Below, one piece after another: positions 17,994 to 24,712 of a stretch of DNA of 39,769 bases. The DNA lies in the IMG/VR virus record IMGVR_UViG_3300033407_000055, positions 1-39,769 of that record. One strand, written 5' to 3'. Numbering within the stretch: position 1 is the stretch's first letter; each line of letters opens with the position of its first letter. This stretch comes from a virus (lineage: Duplodnaviria; Caudoviricetes). The position numbers and the translations under genes are program-made. Below the pieces are notes generated by a model. The model saw nothing but the letters and a program-made list of their open reading frames with translations. It searched no databases and was not told where the DNA came from.

Positions 17994-18631
17994 TACAGTT
18001 TCTCCACGGTCAGACCGACGTTAGGTTGTGGCTTCGGTGCTACGAACTTGAACTTCTCGACCAGCTTGCATAGATTGAACGACTCATCTGGGCTGCGGCG
18101 TGCCATAATCTCTGCGACCCTCCGGCCTTCGGCCAGGGTGGGGTAGGTAACAGACGGTACGATCTTAGATGCAGGGTTCCACAGGACGTAGGTTCCCTTG
18201 GTTGCGGCAGCTAGCTGCCCCTTGAGCTGTATGTTCTCGGCCTGTGCTGTACGAAGCTCGGCGTAGGCAGCGGCTAGCTTACGCTCGAACAGCCGGCCTT
18301 CTTCTTGTTCCGCCTTAAGCTCCTTCTCTACCTCGGCCAACTTGGCAGCCAGCGCAGAGACTTCCGAGTACGCTACCGCCACGCCGCGCTGAGTGTGCCG
18401 ACGAGCTAGTTCTTGCCGCAGCTTCGGTGTGGTATGCCAGGAGTTGTACGCACTGCCGTCGTTGACCGAGGCGATAAGACCCTGCTCCCTGAGACGCAAC
18501 AGGCTAGCGGGTACGTCTCGGGTGGTGGTGCCTGTTGCCTTAGCCAGCACATCAGTGCGGACACCAACGTCGGCAGGCTGTGTCAGGATCACGGCGAGCA
18601 GTTGATCTTGGTACGCGGAAAAGTTCAGCAT
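17993..18631 (-). CDS. Putative winged-HTH/coiled-coil protein
   Basis: Start at MLNFSAY with GAGGT RBS; TDVLAKATGTTTRDVPASLLRLREQGLI resembles a wHTH; central coiled coil. Confidence 0.65.
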   Translation of the reverse strand: MLNFSAYQDQLLAVILTQPADVGVRTDVLAKATGTTTRDVPASLLRLREQGLIASVNDGSAYNSWHTTPKLRQELARRHTQRGVAVAYSEVSALAAKLAEVEKELKAEQEEGRLFERKLAAAYAELRTAQAENIQLKGQLAAATKGTYVLWNPASKIVPSVTYPTLAEGRRVAEIMARRSPDESFNLCKLVEKFKFVAPKPQPNVGLTVEKL

Positions 18632-18632
18632 C

Positions 18633-18908
18633 TTACACCTCAAAGAAAGAATCGTCGGACATGCCGATGGTTTGAAAGCCTGCCTCGTACATGCAGGAGT
18701 TACGCATAGCGGAGTCAACGTGAGTCTCGCCGCTCATACCAGCACGGTCGAATACGCAAGACACATCCTCTTCCGTGTCCCGCAGTAGCCCACCTCTATC
18801 AGCGTACAGCATAGCGTCTTGGTCAGCCGGGTCTGTGTTGTCAAAGCCGGGGTCGTTCATACCATAGGGTGCCGCTAACAGCGGGGAACTGCGGAGTGAC
18901 CTGCTCAT
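18633..18908 (-). CDS. Acidic hypothetical protein
   Basis: ATGA overlap with upstream gene; start uncertain. Confidence 0.6.
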   Translation of the reverse strand: MSRSLRSSPLLAAPYGMNDPGFDNTDPADQDAMLYADRGGLLRDTEEDVSCVFDRAGMSGETHVDSAMRNSCMYEAGFQTIGMSDDSFFEV

Positions 18909-19105
18909 ACTGCCTCCAGATTACATTGGTCGATGAAGTCCACGGCGCCGCCACCGAAGCTCACCTTGTAGTACACCTCACCCGCTACTGCTGGCATGGG
19001 TAGGGCAACAGTGCCAACCATACCCACGTACCTAGGCTCGGGGTTCATGGTGTCTCGCTTGCCTCGGACAGCTCTCACTGCCTGGCCTACTGAATACTTG
19101 TGCAT
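18905..19105 (-). CDS. Small SH3-like hypothetical protein
   Basis: KYSVGQAVR...GMVGTV...YYKVSF pattern; TAATG coupling to kinase. Confidence 0.65.
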   Translation of the reverse strand: MHKYSVGQAVRAVRGKRDTMNPEPRYVGMVGTVALPMPAVAGEVYYKVSFGGGAVDFIDQCNLEAV

Positions 19106-19809
19106 TAGAATCTCCCGCCGTACCACTGCTGGCCTACTATGAAGGCGTCCCGCAGCCTGGCGTTGAACGCAACCAGTGTCTCGTGTACCTCAAGCTCCAT
19201 GCCTAACTGCTCGGTCATCTGAGGCACGGGCACCCGCCCAGTCACGCGGCCCTCGGCCACACCTTGATCGGTGTACAGTCCAGCGAAGGGATCAGTCAGT
19301 ATGTAGGAGTCACTGGCTCCGTCGTACATGAAGTTCCCGGTGTGCATGTCGGTGCTGGCTAGGTCTTTCATCGCGTCAAGCACGTCCGCTACTACGTGGC
19401 CGAGGTACGCATGCTCTCCTTCCGCCATACGTTGCTGGTCCCGGATGCCGGCGACCTTCTTCTCCGTTGCGTAGTCTGTACGCACGCTTTCGTAGCCCGG
19501 CATAGCACACACAAACAACGAGGGGCTAGCCCTGTGCGCCAGGAATATATCAGGGACACCACGACGAGGGTTAGCCTGTGCCCACAGGGCGTACATAGGG
19601 TAGCCGTCAGTCGGGTCAGTGCATACCTTCAGGACGTCAGTGCATCCAGGGATGCGCAGCACCGCACCGTAGCAGCCGTAGCCTATAACCTCTAAGCCCG
19701 CCTGCTTTAGCCTGTGGTACGCCATGCCACCAGCTCGCTGCTGTTCAAGCGCAGCGATCACCTTATCTGCGAAGTCCGCAGCTCTGATAGTACGTGCATC
19801 AATAGCCAT
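19105..19809 (-). CDS. T7 gp0.7-like Ser/Thr protein kinase
   Basis: IGYGCYGAV glycine loop, VLK lysine, DMHTGNFM catalytic loop, LTDP; early-region position. Confidence 0.88.
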   Translation of the reverse strand: MAIDARTIRAADFADKVIAALEQQRAGGMAYHRLKQAGLEVIGYGCYGAVLRIPGCTDVLKVCTDPTDGYPMYALWAQANPRRGVPDIFLAHRASPSLFVCAMPGYESVRTDYATEKKVAGIRDQQRMAEGEHAYLGHVVADVLDAMKDLASTDMHTGNFMYDGASDSYILTDPFAGLYTDQGVAEGRVTGRVPVPQMTEQLGMELEVHETLVAFNARLRDAFIVGQQWYGGRF

Positions 19810-19898
19810 ATCGTTCCTCACTATAGCCGCAGTCGGCTAGTCTATTGGAGTTAGTGACACCAGCAATGCACCCGGCTAGAGGTGCATTACTTCTGGCA

Positions 19899-20363
19899 CT
19901 AGCGGCCCATCCATACCACGTCAGGCAGTGCCTCGTCCCAGTTAGGTTCGCGGCTCAGCTCACGGAACCCGTGCTTGGCGTAGAACTCAAGGAGGTAGCC
20001 ATCGAAGCAGTCGAGCTGGTCAGCACCCAAGGCTACAGCCTCCCGCACTAGCCAGTCACCATTGCCTGGAGTCTCAGACCACAGGCCAAGCAGTATACCG
20101 TTGAGTACAACGAACCCACCAGTCACGACGTTACCGTCCTTGACTAGTCGGATGTGGCAGTGATGAGAGTAGAACGCAGTGATGGTGTTCGCATGGGTCA
20201 CACCCCTGAACGTACCCGCAGTACGTTGGAACTCAGACGCTACCTTCTCGACCACCTCATCAGCAGGCGAGACGTTAGCATGTACCTTCGGGTTGTACAT
20301 ACGGGCCTTGCCCAGTGCGTTACGGTAGGCGGCAAGCTCTGCCTTCACTATGATACCAGCCAT
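19899..20363 (-). CDS. Putative GNAT-fold acetyltransferase (early)
   Basis: PGNGDWLVREAVALGADQLDCFDGYLLEFYAKHGF...PDVVWM, resembling the GNAT C-terminal FY-x-x-x-GF motif. Confidence 0.65.
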   Translation of the reverse strand: MAGIIVKAELAAYRNALGKARMYNPKVHANVSPADEVVEKVASEFQRTAGTFRGVTHANTITAFYSHHCHIRLVKDGNVVTGGFVVLNGILLGLWSETPGNGDWLVREAVALGADQLDCFDGYLLEFYAKHGFRELSREPNWDEALPDVVWMGR

Positions 20364-20378
20364 ATCATTTACTCCTGA

Positions 20379-20507
20379 TCAAACCATAACCGGCCTGCTA
20401 CCAGTTCGGATAGCAAGGGCCACGATGTTCGGTACATTGCACAGCCACCAGTCTGGACGCTTGGGCTGTGGTTCTTTCTTGCCGTACAACTGGATGATGT
20501 TACTCAT
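20379..20507 (-). CDS. Small hypothetical protein
   Basis: MSNIIQL start overlapping the upstream stop; 42 aa. Confidence 0.5.
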   Translation of the reverse strand: MSNIIQLYGKKEPQPKRPDWWLCNVPNIVALAIRTGSRPVMV

Positions 20508-20637
20508 CCCAGCGTACCGGGCAGAACTGTTCATCATCTTTGCCGTAGCCATACGCCACGACATAGCCCATTGTCAGCAGCTTAGCAGGTAGCCAGCAGC
20601 AGGCGGGATGTAGCGGGTGCCAGACTAATACTTGCAT
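20500..20637 (-). CDS. Small hypothetical protein (45 aa, not in ORF track)
   Basis: MQVLVWHPLHPACCWLPAK...VRWDE; AGGAGG RBS. Confidence 0.6.
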   Translation of the reverse strand: MQVLVWHPLHPACCWLPAKLLTMGYVVAYGYGKDDEQFCPVRWDE

Positions 20638-20649
20638 ACAGATACCCTC

Positions 20650-20871
20650 CTAAAGCAGAGTGCCTTGGTCATACAGGCAGCGATAGTAACCAACCTGTAG
20701 GCTAGGGAAGTCGGCGTAGTCAGTAGCCTTAGCCACCTCCTTAGCAGCAGCACCGCACGCTGCTACCTTCTCATCCACCACCTGTTGCCAGTGGCTGTTG
20801 GTCTGTTGAATCGGTGAACGTGCGCAGCCAGCCAGCACTACAGCCAGGGCGCACAGGATTACCTTGCTCAT
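20650..20871 (-). CDS. Small lipoprotein
   Basis: MSKVILCALAVVLAG-C signal peptide II with LAGC lipobox. Confidence 0.8.
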   Translation of the reverse strand: MSKVILCALAVVLAGCARSPIQQTNSHWQQVVDEKVAACGAAAKEVAKATDYADFPSLQVGYYRCLYDQGTLL

Positions 20872-21009
20872 ACAGATACCCTCATCACGGATAGTCCAGC
20901 GGAGTGCCCACGGTAGTAGGCACTCGACTTGCTTATCCCTTATGGTACGTCGTTATCTTAGTCCGCTTGCTAGGCGGGCAGTAGACAAACAGGAACCACG
21001 CCAGTGCTA

Positions 21010-21144
21010 TCACAATGACCGCGCAAAGTCAGCCACATCAAGGCATACCAATACCACAGTCATAGCCACACCGACAGTCGCCAGCTTGTCGGACCGGACC
21101 AGCGCCGCTGCTACCAGCAGGGCACCGACTGCTATGGCAGCCAT
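21010..21144 (-). CDS. Putative small membrane protein (44 aa, not in ORF track)
   Basis: MAAIAVGALLVAAALVRSDKLATVGVAMTVVLVCLDVADFARSL; TAATG coupling to upstream gene. Confidence 0.45.
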   Translation of the reverse strand: MAAIAVGALLVAAALVRSDKLATVGVAMTVVLVCLDVADFARSL

Positions 21145-21365
21145 TAGTACAGTACCCCAGGCCGGCCGAGTTGAGAGTGTGCCAGCAACCCAGTGTGCGC
21201 CGGAGTCACCCCGTTCAAGGCGCGGTCAACGTCACTCAGACCTACCTTGACGATAGCGGCGTTAGTCATGTGCCGGTAGAACAGGGCGCGCAAAGCACGA
21301 ACCTCTGCTTCCGTAAGGGTTAGAGTGTACGTCGTCTCAGTCACCACCGCCGTAAGCTTGCTCAT
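21144..21365 (-). CDS. Hypothetical early protein
   Basis: 73 aa, ATGA overlap; TYTLTLTEAE motif common in small phage proteins. Confidence 0.75.
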   Translation of the reverse strand: MSKLTAVVTETTYTLTLTEAEVRALRALFYRHMTNAAIVKVGLSDVDRALNGVTPAHTGLLAHSQLGRPGVLY

Positions 21366-21853
21366 GCTGCCACCGCCTTCACCGCAGGCACTGCCGACTG
21401 CAACTCACGGAGCTTACGGAATCCCTCGGCGGGCAGGTTATTCCGGTCGTCCTTCGCCGCCTTCTCAGCCTTGGCAACCAACTTAGCCAGCTCAGTCCCC
21501 AGGTCGAAGGCAGTGAACGGGGCCTCTGGCTTGAAGTCCCAAAAAGGCTTAGCCATACCGCCTTCGATGTCCCCCTCTTTCTTGCAGTGTTCCACACCCT
21601 TGCCATCCTCAGCCGGCTGGCACTCACCGAACTGCACAGCCCATGCAATCAGGGCATTGCGACGAACAGCGCCAGTGATACCCCGAATCAGGGAGTCCAT
21701 CGGCGTAGTGTTATGGTGCTTGATGCTGTGCTGGATGGCCGAACAAGCGACCAGATGCAGGCGCTGTTCGAAGTCCTTACCTTGCTTGATCACATCAGTG
21801 ACCGCAGCAGTCAGGGCTTTGCCAGTCAGCAGGTCTTTAGTAGTAATGCTCAT
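21362..21853 (-). CDS. Conserved first early protein of phiKMV-like phages
   Basis: 163 aa; RRNALIAWAVQFG and PFWDFKPE motifs; GAGGT RBS; first gene after the early leader. Confidence 0.8.
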   Translation of the reverse strand: MSITTKDLLTGKALTAAVTDVIKQGKDFEQRLHLVACSAIQHSIKHHNTTPMDSLIRGITGAVRRNALIAWAVQFGECQPAEDGKGVEHCKKEGDIEGGMAKPFWDFKPEAPFTAFDLGTELAKLVAKAEKAAKDDRNNLPAEGFRKLRELQSAVPAVKAVAA

Positions 21854-21875
21854 TGTGTTACCTCACTCAGTCAGT

Positions 21876-22219
21876 AGGAAGTCTATCGAGCAAGGCATCA
21901 CGAGTTCGTTAGCCTTGCCGGATAGACCTAGGTAGCGTTCGATTGCTAACACACTAGGTCTTTCCTCACCCTTATTGGGACAAGCGTAGGGTGTTACCCT
22001 AAACCTGATGACTGTTGAGCCCAGTCTTTACTAGGTGGCCGAAGCCAGACTAGTCGATGTTTATTCTGGTGTTCTCACACCCCAGCCGGATTAGGCACCG
22101 AGCCGTTACAGACCTACACTTGTCCCGTCAGTATGCTTAGCACCGTAGTAGCTTAGCTGGTCGCGGACTCTGCCCAAGGTAAGGCAGTGTTGCTTGTATC
22201 TAAAGAGCAAGTAACTTAG
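21876..22219 (-). ncRNA. Candidate structured RNA / structured early leader
   Basis: Multiple nested stems, a 14-bp long-range helix, UUCG and GAGA loops; no convincing ORF. Confidence 0.6.
22201..22209 (-). promoter_or_regulatory. boxA-like antitermination element
   Basis: TGCTCTTTA about 10 nt downstream of the predicted start of the last sigma70 promoter. Confidence 0.6.
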
Positions 22220-22225
22220 AGCTAG

Positions 22226-22254
22226 ATGATACGCAAGGCTTTCGATATTGTCAA
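22226..22254 (-). promoter_or_regulatory. Host sigma70 early promoter (third)
   Basis: TTGACA-17 bp-TATCAT. Confidence 0.85.
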
Positions 22255-22353
22255 GCCTGCTATCACACACAAGCCGAAGATAACTAATTCCATGCCCATC
22301 ATACACCTCTATACAGATACTAATTCATTCGGTGTTCGTCTTGCTTGGTTCAC

Positions 22354-22381
22354 ATCATACAGTGTTCGTCTTACTTGTCAA
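22354..22381 (-). promoter_or_regulatory. Host sigma70 early promoter (second)
   Basis: TTGACA-16 bp-TATGAT. Confidence 0.75.
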
Positions 22382-22537
22382 GTCCTATCTGCTATGCCTT
22401 CCGGTCTTACAATCAGTAGTACTTAGTAGGAATCTATTGTGTCAGTCGCTTGTCTAGCTAGGCTAGTCGTTGCTTCCAAGATCGTCGATCCCTACTCCCT
22501 GGCTACCTCGTTTCCGTTGTTGCTTGGGAGTGGTTGT

Positions 22538-22566
22538 AGATTATCTACTGATCATCTGTCTGTCAA
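22538..22566 (-). promoter_or_regulatory. Host sigma70 early promoter (first)
   Basis: TTGACA-17 bp-TAATCT. Confidence 0.72.
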
Positions 22567-22872
22567 CCTCTATTTACTATCTGTCTGTTAGCTAGGTTCT
22601 TGGCTGTTATCTACCGGGGTTCGTCGAGTCTATCTATATAGGTACTAGGTTCCTGTCTTCCTATCCTGGCTGCAAGGGTCTGTCTGATACCTGTCTATCT
22701 TCCTGGGTTCTACTGGGAGTCGAGCATATAGATACAACTGATCAATAAATGATCAGTCTGCCAGGGAGACTAAACAACGTCTGAGCATTGCCCTGGCTTC
22801 TAGTCTACCTATCTACTGCTATGCCCTTGCGGCCAAAGAGAGTCTGTCGGTTCCTAGCACGGAAAATGGTTG

Positions 22873-22893
22873 TATTCCTGTAGATGGGTCAAT
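22873..22893 (-). promoter_or_regulatory. Phage RNAP promoter near left genome end (phiOL-like)
   Basis: Perfect ATTGACCCATCTACAGGAATA copy upstream of the host promoters. Confidence 0.85.
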
Positions 22894-23253
22894 TGATTCA
22901 TCCGGCGGATTGACCAAGAAAGAAGACAGAAGGGCCGAAAGAAGACAGATGCGCCCCGCCTTCGCGGTTCTCCATCCGTCCTATACATCCTGGCCTATCC
23001 TGGCCTCCTCTGTGCCCTTCTCCCGGCCTTTCCCCGGCCTACCCTGGCCAACGTATAGCCTAGGCCGTGCCGCCTTTCCTGCGGCCTTGTAGGAGGCTTC
23101 CCGGAACGGGCGTGCCGCCGCCGACGAACGGTAGTAGACGCGACGACCCTCCCGCGTGCTATGATGATGCTTCCTGGCGAGAAAGGCCGAGGGCGTAGGG
23201 GGAGACCCGCCACATTTTAGTCGGAGGGACCCCCTCGGGTAAGGACATCAAAT
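22894..23253. other. Probable genome end / collapsed direct terminal repeat region
   Basis: Non-coding stretch between the last late gene and the early control region; boundaries cannot be fixed without reads. Confidence 0.55.
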
Positions 23254-23775
23254 TTAGGCCGGTGTCAGTTTATCGTACTCGACCGCCCACATTCCACGGG
23301 TAGTTCCGGTCACAATGATCCGCATGTAGTACGTCCCGGCCGGTAATAGTCTCTTACCTTGGCTGACAGTAGAAGCCACGGCTGCGTTACCACCGGTTCC
23401 CGTAGCAACAAGCAAGACTTCGCGCTCATTACCACCAGTATGAGTACCACCTGAGCCAATTACGAACGTAGTGGCGTTAGGCGTACCTGTAAGCTTCTTG
23501 TTGAAGTGCGTAGTGATCGGGGTAAACGTACCACCGGGAGTACCGCCCGTCATAATCTCTAGCCGCGCCTCTCCTATAACAGTAACCAGGGACTGCGCGT
23601 CGAGTGCGAAGTCAGTATCGGCTACGAACTCGATCACGGTGTCAGCGTTGAACTCACGGTACACTCGAAAGGCTTGGCCAGACCAGAGGCCAGGGGATAC
23701 CATGTCAGCGAACAGCACACCTGCGCGGCTGCGTACAGTAGCGAAGGTGGATAACAGGATGTCAAATACACGCAT
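23254..23775 (-). CDS. Hypothetical beta-rich protein, last late gene
   Basis: 173 aa, GGAG RBS, Gly/Thr-rich, LPAGTYY motif. Confidence 0.75.
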   Translation of the reverse strand: MRVFDILLSTFATVRSRAGVLFADMVSPGLWSGQAFRVYREFNADTVIEFVADTDFALDAQSLVTVIGEARLEIMTGGTPGGTFTPITTHFNKKLTGTPNATTFVIGSGGTHTGGNEREVLLVATGTGGNAAVASTVSQGKRLLPAGTYYMRIIVTGTTRGMWAVEYDKLTPA

Positions 23776-23779
23776 AGCG

Positions 23780-24010
23780 TTACTCCAGTGCGTTTACACC
23801 GTTAAGGGAGTTGCAAAGCTCCAAGGAGCTGTGATAGGCCAGGAGGCCACGATACAGGCCACCCTTGGTGGTGGGGTCGACCAAGGGGTGAACGCACCGC
23901 ATAGGTGCCTCAGGGGCAACGTAGGTGCTTGCACAGGCTGTCAACGACAGCAGGAGGGGTAGGCTGATCAGCGTCAGCAGGGTCGGCCTGGATAACCTGG
24001 TCGAGGGCAT
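23780..24010 (-). CDS. o-spanin (Rz1-like lipoprotein)
   Basis: LTAC lipobox; overlaps the i-spanin 3' end in another frame. Confidence 0.82.
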   Translation of the reverse strand: MPSTRLSRPTLLTLISLPLLLSLTACASTYVAPEAPMRCVHPLVDPTTKGGLYRGLLAYHSSLELCNSLNGVNALE

Positions 24011-24221
24011 GGGAACGCTCCTGGGATGCCTTGGTGGCAGCTGACACTTGGGATTGGATACGCGCTGTGCGGGCCTGGAGAGCCTCTACGCGGCCTTCTA
24101 GGGACTCGACCTGCCCACGGGTAGCGCTCAGGGCTTTGCTCGTCTGCCAGAGGCCCACAGAGAGGCCACTGAGGGCAGCCAGGAGGGCCAGCCCTACGGC
24201 GATACGATACAGAAGGGTCAT
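23910..24221 (-). CDS. i-spanin (Rz-like)
   Basis: N-terminal TM helix, coiled coil, PTPPAVVDSLC C-terminus; follows endolysin. Confidence 0.85.
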   Translation of the reverse strand: MTLLYRIAVGLALLAALSGLSVGLWQTSKALSATRGQVESLEGRVEALQARTARIQSQVSAATKASQERSHALDQVIQADPADADQPTPPAVVDSLCKHLRCP

Positions 24222-24712
24222 GGTAGGTCACTCAGAAAGAGGGCACGGCGGTCTTTGTTACGCGCGGCGACACCGTAGCAGTTGTTCTTGCGGATAGAAC
24301 AGTCTCTACCCTGCGCAAACTTCCACCTAGCGAACTGCTCGGCGGCTAATCTATCTTCTCCTCGGTTGACGAGGCGGAAGAGGGTGCTGGTTCGGCAGGC
24401 TCTTGCTCCGTACTGGAAACAGAAGTCCACGAGCGCATCGAACTGGGACTGGTAAAGCGCAACTGTAACGCCGCGTTGAACCGCGACCACGGCCCAGTGA
24501 GTGTCTTTGGCAAGAAGCTCATTGCATTCCTTGTCTGTGTAGTACCGAGACATGTCCACCCGTCCAGTATGCCCGGTGCATACGGTGGGAATGCCAACAG
24601 AGTCGAGGTACGGGATGTTCTCCGTACTCTCGTTGCTCTTAATGAACAGCAGGCCCGACGCACTTAGCGCCAGGACCGCTGCAAAGGCACGGACTTTAAG
24701 TCCGACAGACAT
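24218..24712 (-). CDS. Endolysin, GH24 lysozyme with probable SAR anchor
   Basis: E-x8-D-x5-T triad (ESTENIPYLDSVGIPT), CTGHT, QFDALVDF; Ala-rich hydrophobic N-terminus. Confidence 0.93.
   Translation of the reverse strand: MSVGLKVRAFAAVLALSASGLLFIKSNESTENIPYLDSVGIPTVCTGHTGRVDMSRYYTDKECNELLAKDTHWAVVAVQRGVTVALYQSQFDALVDFCFQYGARACRTSTLFRLVNRGEDRLAAEQFARWKFAQGRDCSIRKNNCYGVAARNKDRRALFLSDLP

Noticed and set aside
20933-21040. Possible frameshifted membrane ORF (MWLT / CAVIVIALAWFLFVY)
   Set aside because: It requires assuming a one-base error; unsupported without reads or homologues.
22005-22030. CTGATGA hammerhead ribozyme core on the plus strand
   Set aside because: No GAAA follows the stem, and it lies on the non-transcribed strand.
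21995-22095. tRNA gene suggested by the cloverleaf-like junction
   Set aside because: No TTCRA T-loop, canonical arm lengths or acceptor/CCA end.
22106-22306. 66-aa ORF from the track in the control region
   Set aside because: It runs through promoter, boxA and RNA stems, and the nearby RBS fits a different, shorter frame.
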